A program made the position numbers and the translations under genes. A DNA stretch of 64,000 nucleotides. Origin: the human T2T-CHM13v2.0 reference genome, Homo sapiens. The stretch lies in NCBI RefSeq assembly GCF_009914755.1, contig NC_060933.1; one strand, given 5' to 3'. The notes beneath the pieces were generated by a model. The model did no database searches and had not been told where the DNA came from. It saw only the letters and a list, made by a program, of their open reading frames with translations. Below are positions 31,230 through 43,125 of this stretch, one piece after another; position 1 is the first letter of the stretch; each line of letters starts with the position of its first letter.

Positions 31230-31264
31230 GTAGGTATAGCTCAGTGGTAGAGCATTTGACTGCA
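31230..31264 (+). pseudogene. Tailless retropseudogene of the 5' half of tRNA-Cys(GCA)
   Basis: GGTATAGCTCAGTGGTAGAGCATTTGACTGCA (31233-31264) is the tRNA-Cys D-arm through the anticodon. Flanked by AAAGAAGA(T/C)AGCCAG direct repeats (31216-31230, 31264-31278). No T-arm and no poly(A). Confidence 0.85.
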
Positions 31265-31337
31265 AAGAAGACAGCCAGGATTTCACTCCTGCCAGTTGCT
31301 GCTGGAAGGGAACTCAGACTTGCTGTTGCCCAACTGC

Positions 31338-31565
31338 CTGTCTTAGTCTGTTTTGTGCTGCTATACCAGAATATGTGAGACTCAGTAGTTTACAAATAAC
31401 AGAAATTTATCAGCTCCCAGTTCTGGAGGCTGGGAAGTCTAAGATTGAGGGGTCACATCGCAATGGAAGGCATCACACAGCGACAGAGCACAAGAGGGCC
31501 AAACTCGCTTTTATAACAAACCACTCCATGATAATATCAATCCATTCATGTACATCAGTAATACC
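31338..31565 (-). mobile_element. MST-type MaLR LTR fragment
   Basis: TGTCTTAGTCTGTTTTGTGCTGCTATA..GTTCTGGAGGCTGGGAAGTCTAAGAT..AAACTCGCTTTTATAACAAACCACTC. Confidence 0.6.
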
Positions 31566-31755
31566 TTAGAAACAATGTTTTTAAAATAACATGTAGTCAT
31601 TTAGTCATAGCCACTTTGGCCACAAAACAATGTAACCAAAGGTGGTTCTGATCAAGTACCACAATATTTTCAAATACTTGTCCTATTCTCACCATTTTGC
31701 CTCAAAAACATACTTTTTTAAAAACTTATTTTTAAATTAAACATCTTAGGCTTAA

Positions 31756-32192
31756 TTTTTTTTTCTTTTTTTTTTGAGATAGGGTCTTGCTCTGTCACCC
31801 AGGCTGGAGTGCAGTGGTGCAATCACAGATCACCGCTTTTTGTTTGTTTGTTTGTGCAATGGCCCAATCTCAGCTCACTGCAACCTCCCGAGTTCAAGCG
31901 ATTCTTGTACTTCCACCTCCCAAGTAGCTGGGATTACAGGCACATGTCACCACACCCGGCTAGTTTTTTTTTGTATTTTTATTAGAGACAGGTTTCACCC
32001 TGTTGGCCAGGCTGGAGTCGAACTCCTGACCTCAAGTGATCCACCCGCCTTGGCCTCCCAAAGTGCTGGGATTACAGGCAGGAGCTACCTTGCCCAGCCG
32101 ACCTGCATCCTTGACCACCAGGACTCAAGTGATCCACCCGCCTCGGCCTCCCAAAGTGCTGCGATTACAGGCATGAGCCACCACGCCCGGCC
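31756..32192 (-). mobile_element. Nested reverse Alu composite
   Basis: Two left-arm CTCAAGTGATCCACCCGCC..CCCAAAGTGCT segments. Confidence 0.8.
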
Positions 32193-33594
32193 TAGACTTA
32201 AATTATTTTAAAACCAAAAAGACAGTACAATTTTAGGCAAACATTAGATGGGTACAGCACACACGTGTAGAACTAAATGAAGATACCTGAAACTTTGATA
32301 GAATGAAACAAATTTCTAGCTTTTAATACCTTCAAAGGAATGTCACTACCAAAATTCAAGATATTTTTAAGGGCAGGCACAGTGTCTGCCTCATGCCTGT
32401 AGTCCCAGCTACTCAGGAGGCTCAGGTGGGAGGATCACTTGAGTCCAGGAGGGCAAGACTGCAACGAGTTATGATTGCACTACTGCACTCCAGCCTGGGG
32501 GACCGAGTGAGATGCATCTCGAAAAAAGAAAAAGATATTTGTATTGCACTTTTCTTGCTTACAACTACTCAATTTTAAGAAAAAATCAGTCATATTATAC
32601 CATTTCATATAAAAATATTTCTGTTACTCCTAAAACTGGCTGCATAGTTTCAAAAAGTCACCACTTATCAAAATACTTATCATCAAGCAAAAGTTTCACT
32701 AGCTTTGCCAACTTTTTTAGTGTAATGACTAAAAATTCTAATGGTACTAGTCAGTATCAGAAACACAAGATACTCTTCTGGGTGCCAAATACTGCAGAAA
32801 ATACTACTTCATAAATAAAATGCATGCTGTTATACCAATAATAAACGGTTACTCACTCTTACGGCCTATGATTGGAAATTCCTAGCTAACGGCTTCAAGC
32901 AAAAGCAGCAATTCGATATTATTTGTATAAATGTATATTTTATATAGTGTTTTATTATAACCTTTAATATGTAGGGGTAGATAGGCTAAGTAATCGTTAC
33001 AATCCATGTTGGACAAGGTCATGTTTGGGTACACCAAATTCAGAAAGCTAGGGCTAAATATAACTGATTCCTTCAGACAAGTGTCTTACTAATCAATTAC
33101 AATGTATAATCTGCATACATTGTAAATCACCAAATACACACTAAGAATTACAAAATTATACTATATCACCTAGGATGCCTTTGGTTTCCAGTAATTGAAA
33201 ACCCAACTCTATTCATCAAGATAGGCTAAGTTATGATGTAGTAACTTTTTTCTGATACTATATGTCCAACATGTTATGTGGGACACACATGTTTGTGGGG
33301 TGGGGGTGTTGTTCTGCTCCACAGTCACTCATGGATCCAGCATGACAGGTGCTCAGACATCTCAACACCTAGCCTCCAGAATCACCATTGCAAAAAGAAG
33401 AGATAGCTAGGTCAGGAATCTGCTACTAAATGCTTCTACCTGGAAATAACCTGCTTAAAATCTATTGGCTAGAACAATCACAATGTCCTACCTAGCTGCA
33501 AGTGAACTGGGAAATGTGAGGGAAGATCTAAATATTTAGTAAGCATTAAATGCCCCTGCTGCACCAAGCAAAACCAGCTAAAACAATAATGGGA

Positions 33595-33895
33595 GGCCAG
33601 GCATGGTGGCTCACACCTCTCATCACAGCACTTTGGGAGACCCAGGCAGGAGGACAGCTTGAGGCTGGGAGTTCAAGACCAGCCTAGGTAACATAGCATG
33701 ACTCTGTCTCTACAAAAATAATGATAATTAATTAGCCAGACATTGTGGTGCATACCTGTAGTCCTAGTTACTCAGGTGGCTGAGGTGGCATGATTCCTGG
33801 AGCCCAGGAGTTTGAGGCTGCAGTGAGCTATGTTCGTGCCACTGCACTCCTGGTTGACAGGGCAAGACCCTGTTTCAAAAGAGAAAAAAAAAAAA
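33595..33895 (+). mobile_element. AluJ
   Basis: Diverged dimer. Confidence 0.85.
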
Positions 33896-34476
33896 GGAGG
33901 GGGGGAATTCGTTGGTTCAAGAAACTGGCAAGTCCAGAAACAGGGCAGACTTCACAGTTGATCTGTCTCTCCATCCTGCTTCCCTCATGATAGCAAAACA
34001 GCTTTAGCCATTACAGAAGTCACATCACATCCATACCACCCAAAAATAGAGTACATACTTCTGTTCCAGCATCCCAAGTAAGAGACAGACCTCAGATGTA
34101 TTCAGACTGGACTTGCTTGAGCTTATGCCCATCCTTAACCAATGACTGTGACGAATCAATAAAACACACTCCTTAAACCAATAAAAGTCCACCCCCAGGA
34201 GCTAGAGGTAGTATCAGTGTTCCCCAGAGCCCATAGAATAGTGACTACTAAAAGAAAATCTAGGGTCTGTTATGACAGAGAAGGGAGGAAAGGATGTTGG
34301 CACTCAACAAACATCAATGCAGTTATATAATAAAAAAGAATATACCCTGAAGAAGTTGGCTAAGAGTTGTGGAAACAAGCATATACACATAAGGCAATAA
34401 TATGAACTGCAGTGCACAAAGACAGAGGAAAAGTCATTATGCATAACCACAAATGGTCATCAATAAATCAGGCGTT

Positions 34477-34769
34477 GGCCAGGAGCGGTGGCTCACGCCT
34501 GTAATCCCAGCACTTTGGGAGGCCAAGGCAGGCGGATCACGAGGTCAGGAGATCAAGACCATCCTGGCTAACACGGTGAAACTCCGCCTCTAACAAAAAT
34601 ACAAAAAATTAGCTGGGCGTGGTGGTGGGCTCCTGTAGTCCCAGCTACTCAGGAGGAGAATGGTGTGAACCCGGGAGGCAGAGCTTGCAATGAGCCGAGA
34701 TCGCGCCACTGCACTCCAGCCCGGGAGACAGAGTGAGATTCCGTCTCAAAAAAAAAAAAAAAAAAAAAA
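34477..34769 (+). mobile_element. AluY-like
   Basis: TSD AAATCAGG(C/A)GTT. Confidence 0.9.
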
Positions 34770-35221
34770 TCAGGAGTTAATAAGGAAATCTATTGAGTAC
34801 AGCACTTGAATGTACAAGCATAATTACAAAAATAGGATTAGGCTAAGTACAATGCCTTATAATGTTATAGCTTTAAGTAAACAGTAACAACCAACAAAAA
34901 CAAAATGACAACAAAAAGGAACCAGCCATAGGAGGGTGTTGGAAGTCACTAAGGTAAATGGCACCTCCAAAATCTTATAAAAGAAGCAAAAGTGTCTGGC
35001 AATTCCATACCTTTGAACTGAACCAGGTAAAGAAGGAATCACAGACATAAAGTCATAGCCTTTTATTTATTTATTTTTTTCCCTGGAGATAGGGTCTCAC
35101 AATTTTGCCCAGGAGACTTGAACTCACAATCTTCCAGCCTCAGCCTCTCAAATAGTTGGGACTACAGGTGCACAGCACTGCACCCAGCCAAATTCATATT
35201 GTTTAAATAGTCTCCTCTGAA

Positions 35222-35223
<2 letters not shown>

Positions 35224-35259
<36 letters not shown>
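35224..35259. repeat. (TG)n microsatellite
   Basis: About 18 perfect units. Confidence 0.95.
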
Positions 35260-35262
<3 letters not shown>

Positions 35263-35795
35263 AACCGCAGCCTCAAACTGTCTTATGGGTAGTCACCAGA
35301 GTAACAGATCTCAGATTCCACTAAAATAGCTAAATGTATATAAAATGTTTATATCACACATAAATGTTTCTGAATTACAAAAGCATCATTGGGGCTCTAG
35401 AGGAAAATGAAAACACAAGTCCCAGAAATCTGAAAAATGAAAAACAGGGGTGAAAGATAATGAGAAGTACAGTCACATCTAAAGTCAGGTCATCTGGGAA
35501 CCCTGCCCACTGGATGCCATAAGGTCGACCACAGTTCTAATCCTGTCCTCTTCTCCTCCCCTCCTAATCTCTGACCCCACTTTCCATGATAATCTATACT
35601 GTTTCTAATTTGCAAAGGCATGGAAAGGCAGTTTCATCACTTCATAAAAGCCTACATACTCTCACACAAACGTGTCTTTCGTCATGTGGAAGTGGGAGAA
35701 ACCTTAGGATTAACTTTCACAATTCAAGAAAATGAACAGACTAAATACTCTCACCACTCATGATTTCTTGAGGAAGTTCAGAGCAAAGGTGATAA

Positions 35796-36985
35796 ATCAG
35801 TCTGGGTCCAGTCAGTAAAAAGAAACCACATAATAATTTGAATAAGGAAAGTCAACTATAAATAATTACTGTTGTTGTTGTCATTTTCTTTTTTAGAGAG
35901 AGGGTCTCACTCTGTTGCCCAGGCTGGAATGCAATGGTATAATCATGGCTCCAAGCAGCCTCAACCTCCTGGGCTCAACGATCCTCCCACATCAGCCTCC
36001 GTAGTAGGTGGGACACACACCACTCCCAGATAATTTCGTGTTTTCTGTAGAACAGGGGTTTTGCTATGTTGCCCAGGCTTGTCTCAAACTCCTAGTCTCA
36101 AGTAATTCTCCCAAGCCCTGCGGCCTCGCAAAGTGCTGGGATTACAGGCATAAGTCACCATGCCCAGTCAAGAACTATTCACTGTAACAGGACTGGAGTA
36201 ACAAGGTGCTGGCTAGTAAGAAGTACAGAGAATTCTACAAAACACAGGAATAGGAGATATAAGGAGGAGCCACTGCCCCTAGGGCTGAGGTGGGTGCCCT
36301 AAGGAAAAATACCCACTTCTTCCCAGAAATGGGATCAAGAACTTTTTGGAGGGAGCACAGCCATGGCTCACTGAATACGAGAGATGTCTCTGTGGGTGCT
36401 GTACCAGTACAACTTGCTGGAAAACCACCTTTGGTAACTTGCCAGAAACCCATCCTCTAGGGCGCCAGGAAAAGTGTTCACAGGGAGGTGTCCCACCACA
36501 GGCTCAGTTACAAAATCGCCTGAGGGGGATGCTGAGGTACACAGTTGACCATTGGGTGCAGCTGATCACAGCGCACTACAAGAGCCTGCACTGGGGAAGA
36601 TACACACCACAGAAGCCGGCGCTGCAGAAGCACATATGCCAAGGACCTAGCGCTGGAGACGTGCACACGCCTGGGAACAGGTGCTGGGGCGGCACCCAAG
36701 CACGGGAGCCAGCGTTGGGGAAGCGGCACACCCCAGGGAGCTAGCGCTGGCAAAGCACACCCACCAAGAGTGAGCGCTAGAAAGCCGCACACACTATGGG
36801 AGCTCCGCCCTGGAGAAGCGTCACGTGTGTGCCTGGGAACCAGTGCTGGAGAAAGTATGTGGAAGCTGGCGATGGAGAAGGCGCGCGCATGTGTGCACAA
36901 CCTCGCTCTGGAGGAGTCACGGCCAGGTGCGCGCACGACAACCTTCACCGGAGAAGTCACACGCATGCGTGCGCTGGAGAACCTG
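35796..36985. mobile_element. Ancient ERV LTR (LTR78-like) with internal CpG-rich degenerate tandem repeat, split by an Alu
   Basis: TCAGTCTGGGTCCAGTCAG..AGAAACCACA..GGCTAGTAAGAAGTA..CCCCTAGGGCTGAG..AACTTGCTGGAAA resembles recalled LTR78 consensus; ~30-bp GCGCTGGAGAAG-core units at 36580-36980. Confidence 0.6.
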
Positions 36986-37823
36986 AATTTGTAATTTCAA
37001 ATTTCCCTATAAAGAAATATCCACGAACTGATGACTTTGTGAGTGAATTCTATCAAATATTTGAAGAAAAAAAAATACCAATCCTTCACAAACTCTGAAA
37101 AAATAGGAGGGAACACTTCCCAACTCATTCTAAGATGCCACTATTACGGTAATACCAAAGCCAGACAGACATCACAAGACAAAATATTACTAATATTACC
37201 ATGAACATAATACAAAAATCCTAAACAAAATATTACTAAGCCAAATCCAGCAATATGTAAAAAGGATTATATAACATGACTAAATGGGATTTAGAATGCA
37301 AGGTTAGTATAAATACACAAATCAGTTAATAAATCATATTGATAAAGGAACAAAACCACAGTCATCTCAATAGATGCAGAAAAGCAACATTTCTAACATT
37401 TGTTCATAAGAATTCTCAACAATCTAGTAACAGAAGGAAAATCTCTCAACCTGATAAAGTGCATTTATGAAAAACTTACAGCTAACGTCGTATCTAATGG
37501 TAAAAGATTAAATGTTTTCCCCCTAAGATGAGAAATAAGTCAATAATATACACTCCATGTCTATTCAGCAAAGTGCTGGAGGGTCGAACCAGGTAAGAAA
37601 AAAATTAATCAGGCAAAAAAGAAACTAAAGGCATCCACATGGAAAGAAAAGTAAAACTATATTGGCATGATGCCGTATGTAGAAAATCCTGTGTAATTCA
37701 CAAAAAACTGGAAGTAATCATCAAGTTCAACAAGGAAGGTTGCAAGATATAAGATTAATAAGTGAAATCAAGTGTATGTTTATATACTGACAACAATCCA
37801 TAATGAAATTTTAAAAATAATTC

Positions 37824-38211
<388 letters not shown>

Positions 38212-38745
38212 TTTTAATGAAATTTTAAAAATAATTCAATTCACAATACCATCAAAAATAAAACTTCAAAATTAATTTACAAAAGGGCAAAATTTGTACA
38301 CTGAAAATTACTAAATACTGCTAAGAGAAATTAAAGCGCTCAACAAATGGAAAGAGATTCCATGTTCATGATGAGATGGCAATTCTCCCCCAAATAGATA
38401 TGCAAAATTAAATGCAATTCCTACAAAGTCTATCACAGCACGGTTTTCTGAAAAAAAATAACAAACTGATACTAAAATTTATATGGAAATGTAAGGAACC
38501 CTGAACCGCCAAAACAATTTTGAAAATGAAGAAAAACATTGGATAACTTACACTACTTAATTTCAAAACTTACTATAAAGCTGCCATAATCAAGATAATG
38601 TAATGCTGACATAAAAGGCATGCAGGTCTCTTACCCTCAGTCCCGTATTAAACTTGAGTTAGAAGATGCCAATCTCAAAATGGAGGTAAAACCATTGCCT
38701 GCTAGCCCCCAGTCCAACTCTGGTGGCCAATCTGAATTGTTACCA

Positions 38746-39038
38746 ATTTTATTTTTCCAGACACGGTCTCAGTCTGCTGCCCAGTGTGGAGTGCAGTGGC
38801 GCAATCACAGTTCACTGTGGCCTCGACCTCCTGAACTCAGGTGATCCTCCACCTCAGCCTCCCGAGTAACTGGGACCACAGCCCCGCATCACTATGGCCG
38901 GCTAATTTCTTAACTTTTTGTAGAGACAGGGCTCTCTCTGTTGCCCACGCTGGACTCGAACTCCTGGGATCAAGTGATCCTTCCGCCTCCGCTTCCCAAA
39001 GTGCTGGGATTACAGGCATAAGCCACCATGCTCTGCCT
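38746..39038 (-). mobile_element. AluJ
   Basis: Reverse diverged dimer. Confidence 0.8.
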
Positions 39039-40642
39039 GTTATCTGAATTGCCTTTCCTTCTCCACTTCTGCATTTTTATTAAAACATTGCAAAACTTCC
39101 AAGGTGCTTCTCCTGTATGTATTCTTTCACATTAAGTCAATCACTCAAGATCCACAAACAAGACAGAGAATGCACATATCCCAGCCTAAAATAAAACTTT
39201 TAAAAATCATTTGGTGCTCATTTCCAGCCCGATTTGAGGCCCTAACACTACCAACTTGGAACTACCACTCATGTGAGTTTCCTCTGGCTCTCTCCATGGC
39301 CCAGATAATCAATCCAACTTTCTACTGGCCAGGCTGGCCTCCCTGTAGCTGGTTCTCATAAACACGAAATTTGTATAATTGTTATTGGAACTACCTGCTG
39401 AAATATGGAACTGGTTAAAAGTACCATTTGTTTTAAAATGTACATGCACAGTTGCACATACATGCAGCAACACATCTTCCACAACCAGCCAATCAATCAA
39501 GTTAATGCTTTTTATTAGAGGACAAAACAAAAAATACCAATATAGAGCCTGCTTTTCTTTTCTGATGCCTTGGTAAACGTTTTTGGAGAAATCAAGAGAA
39601 AATATGACCGAATAAAGCAAAAATAAATTCGAATGTATAATATACAAAGTATAATTAGTCCAGTTCTCAAGAAGCAGGCTCTATTACTGGGAGTAGTGGG
39701 TTGGTGAAAAAGATCTCTGATATATCTAGGAAAACAAATTCTTTTTCGATGCAGCCTTTCTTGTATATGAATAATGTATATGAGTGCTTATTTCCAGGTG
39801 ACTCTGGTACAGCACATAACATTGAAACATCAATTCAAGTTTAATGTATAAAGTCGCAATGAACATGTTTTCCATCTAAGCTTAGGTAATGAATGATCTC
39901 AACACATGGTATGAATTCTACTGTTTGTAACAACCTTTCAGGGGAGTAAGGAGAAAACGATCTGTCTGAGGGCATATCACTGACAGTGAGTGACAGCCAC
40001 AAAGAGCTGAAGTTGGGTGGCCCAAAAGTGCTCTGCTCATTTGATAAATGCTAAGTCAAATCACATCACAGTTTAGATGCATTAAATGGGGCACAAGTTA
40101 GAATAAAATCAGATGCCCGGGAGTTTTCCAAGTTTCAGATTAGAACAAAAGTCCAGGCACATACAGGACTTTGCTAGAAAACTCCTTGGTCTCTTCCCTT
40201 AAGATTCTGGTACCCAATTTCCCATGTTATAAAACTCCAAGTCTTTTCCCCCATTCGGTGCGCTGGACACATAAGATCATAGAGGGTTCGTAGTTGTAAA
40301 CGCACCCACCTAAAAAATTAAAAAGAGCAAACCAACAAACAGCACCTGAAAAATCTCTCACGGGCTTTGAAGATATGGCCTGGCGTCCACAAAAAGAATG
40401 GAGGGAAGACACTGGCCTCTGCGAACCCGCCTCCCTCCGGGAATAAAAGGCGGAGGGCGGGAGGGGTAACAGCCGCGCCCCGGGCTCCTCTAATTGGACC
40501 TCGCCCCTCCTGGCGCCCCGGCGAATGGGGTTTGGGGGCAGGGGTGTGAGGGACGGGGAGGACGAGGCCAGCTGTAGAGGGCGACCGGCTCAAAGGGGCG
40601 AGCTTTTCACGGCTCCCACGAGTCCGAGGCAGAGAAATTCAC

Positions 40643-40800
40643 CTTTGCTCCTCTCCTTTGAAGAAGACATAGCTGCCTGCGCTCAATGAACAAAAAGAAC
40701 CAAAACGCCAACACCCGGCTCCCGCCTCTCCGGGGGCTCCCTTCCGCGCGACCCCAGCGCCGGCTCCCGCCCCCGCTTTCCCCGCCCTGGCCCCGCCCCG
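40643..40800 (-). other. FANCC: Alternative non-coding first exon of FANCC (5' boundary approximate)
   Basis: Minus strand ...GCAGCTATGTCTTCTTCAAAGGAGAGGAGCAAAG|GTGAAT donor at 40642-40637, with GC boxes near 40790-40800. FANCC is known to have two alternative first exons. Confidence 0.65.
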
Positions 40801-41039
40801 CGGGCTGGCACCGCCCGCCACCTCCCGCCTCCCGCCTCCCGCCTCCCGCCTCAGCCTTAGCCACAGCCCTGCGCCGGCGGGAACCCCTCTCGCCCACCGC
40901 AAGGCGCGCCTGGCCCACCCGCTCTCGCGAGCCTTCCCTCTTGCCCCTCGCCTCCTCCTCCCGCTCTCGCCGCTGACGTGTCGGCCAGACCCCCGAGGGA
41001 AGCCTCCGCCCTCGCTGCGTTCTGCGGCCTGCCGCTTAC

Positions 41040-41223
41040 CGGGTGGTCCTCGCGGGAGCTGCTTCAGCAGTTTGGGCAGTGGCGGAAAGGAAGCCACCGC
41101 CCGGGATCTGTGGCTTGAAAATTTGGCTTTGCCTCGTATTGGCTTTTTGAGTTTTTTTGGAATTTTCCCGCGGTCGCCCGGCAGTGGAGCCGCGCGCGCG
41201 CACACGTGTCAGCAGTGCATTCT
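41040..41223 (-). other. FANCC: Non-coding first exon (5' UTR) of FANCC
   Basis: Minus strand reads AGAATGCACTGCTGACACGTGTGCGCG...GCTCCCGCGAGGACCACCCG|GTAAGC, with a canonical donor at 41039-41034 inside the CpG island. Matches my recollection of the FANCC mRNA 5' end. No FANCC coding exon lies in the window, so the identity rests on recall; TSS is approximate. Confidence 0.85.
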
Positions 41224-41846
41224 GGGGCCTGGCTAGCGGCCCCGCGCGCTCCCGCGGCGTCGCGGGAAAATTCCGACGAATCTCGGGTCCGTGGGGCGGG
41301 GCGGGCGCGGCCAGGGCTCTGGCGGAAGTGGGCCCGGCTGGGGCGGGTTCTAGGCGAGCGGAGTCGGTACTGCTCCAGTGTTCCCGGTTTCGCGCGGAAG
41401 CCCCGGCGGGAGCAGGGTTGCAGCAGCGCCCGCGGAGAAGGGGCGCTGGCTTCTTCCATATTCTGTTCAAAATGTAGGGGAGGTAAAATGGAAATTAGTT
41501 CTTTTGAAGAAAAGTTGAGGCTTTGTCAACGGGGTAAAACCTCTAAAATAAGATTTTCTAACTGCGTTCTAAACAATAGCAACAAAAAAGGCATCTTCAG
41601 TTAATGATTTCCCCTACCGTACATTAGTTCCATACAGTGTTTGGTCGGGGTTCAAATCAGTTCAACGCTGTACATAAACCACCCAAACAAATATTAATAA
41701 AATTTTCTCCAAACTCCCATTTATGACAATGGCATTAGCTTGTCTTGGTGAATTTTTTTTTCTTCTAGGATCTGACGACTTAAGCTTTAAAATGTCTTAA
41801 ATCAATGCCTCACAACCATAAATCATAATCATAAAACTACAGCTTA

Positions 41847-42451
41847 GGTCGGGCGCTGTGTCTCAGGCCTGTAATCCCAGCACTTTGGAAGGCCAAGGCG
41901 GGCGGATCACGAGGTCAGAAGATCGAGACCATTCTGGCCAACATGGTGAAACGCCGTCTCTACTAAAAATACAAAACGTTTAACCGGGCGCGGTGGCGGG
42001 CGCCTGTAATCTCAGCTACTCTGGAGGCTGAGGCAGAATAGCTTGAACCAGGGAGTCAGAGGTTGCAGTGAGCCGAGATCGCGCCACTGCACTCCAGCCT
42101 GGCGACAGAGGGAGACTCCGTCTCAAAAAAAAAAAAAAAAAAGCTACAACTTCACATATACGTTCAAAAACACACTACAGGCCGGGCGCGGTGGCTCACA
42201 CCTCTAATCCCAGCACTTTGGGAAGCTGAGGCGGGTGGATCACCTGAGGTCAAGAGTTTGAGACCAGCCTGGCCAACATGGCAAAAACCCGTCTCTACTA
42301 AAAATACAAAAATTAGTGTGTACTCCCGGCTACTTAGGAGGCTGAGGCAGGAGAATTGCTTGAACCCAGGAGGCGAAGGTTGCAGTAAGCCAAGATCGCA
42401 CTACTGCACTCCAGCCTGGGCAACAGAGCGAGACTCTGTCTCAACAAAAAA
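41847..42451 (+). mobile_element. Two tandem AluS elements just upstream of the promoter
   Basis: 41847-42142 and 42180-42451. Confidence 0.9.
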
Positions 42452-42779
42452 CACCACAAAGCTGTGTGTGCTTGTAATAAAAATAGCTCTCAAGTATTTA
42501 AACATGTCCAACTATTCCTATGGTGAAGAAATACCCGTTTTACCAATGAATACTTTCAATTCAGAGACTAATTTGCAGAGGTTATACATTTATAAGTGAT
42601 ACAATAAGTATATAGCATAGCAATAGCAACAATCTGTTTAAGAATTAAAGGTAGTTAAAAAAAGGAACCGATCCAGAGGTTGAGACAAAACTGGCAGAAT
42701 CTGCAACTACATTAAGGAATTCGGTGTTTACATCCATTCTCGAAACTATTCCCTGCCAGTTAAGGAAGTCGGTGCTTTT

Positions 42780-43125
42780 TGATTGTTTTTTAATTTTAGA
42801 TTCGGGGGTACATGTGCTTGCTTGTTACATAGGTATATTGTGTAATGGTGGGGATTGGGCTTCTGGTGTACCTGTCCCCCAAACATTGAACATTGTACCC
42901 AATAGCTAATTTTTCAGCCCTCACCCCCTTCCCACCCTCTCCCTTTTTGGAGTCCCCAGTGTCTTGTTATTCCCATTCTTATGTACATGTATACCTATTG
43001 TTTAGCTCCCGCTTATGAGAACATGCAATATTTGATTTTCTGTTTCTGAGTTTGTTCACTTAGGATAATGTCCTCCAGCTCCATCCATGTTGCTGCAAAG
43101 GACATGATTTCGTTCTGTTTTACAG
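42780..43125 (-). mobile_element. L1PB/L1MA 3' end
   Basis: GGGGGTACATGTGC..TTGTTACATAGGTATATTG..TCACTTAGGATAATG..CTCCATCCATGTTGCTGCAAAGGACATGA. Confidence 0.75.

Larger units (their letters stand above)
40400..41460. promoter_or_regulatory. CpG island promoter (TATA-less) with E2F, ETS/GABP, Sp1 and E-box motifs
   Basis: Very high GC and CpG density. E2F-type TTTTCCCGCG 41163-41172 and CGCGGGAAAA 41261-41270; CACGTG 41203-41208; GGGGCGGGGCGGG ~41293-41305; GGCGGAAGTG 41321-41330. Confidence 0.92.

Noticed and set aside
31230-31300. Functional tRNA-Cys gene
   Set aside because: Sequence stops at the anticodon; no B box, T-arm or acceptor 3' strand.
36580-36980. CRISPR-like or coding repeat array
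   Set aside because: Eukaryotic context; units are degenerate and contiguous with no unique spacers and no cas genes; explained as an LTR-internal tandem repeat.
40318-41604. Many Arg/Pro/Gly-rich ORFs at the promoter
   Set aside because: CpG-island composition; none resembles FANCC protein or another known family.
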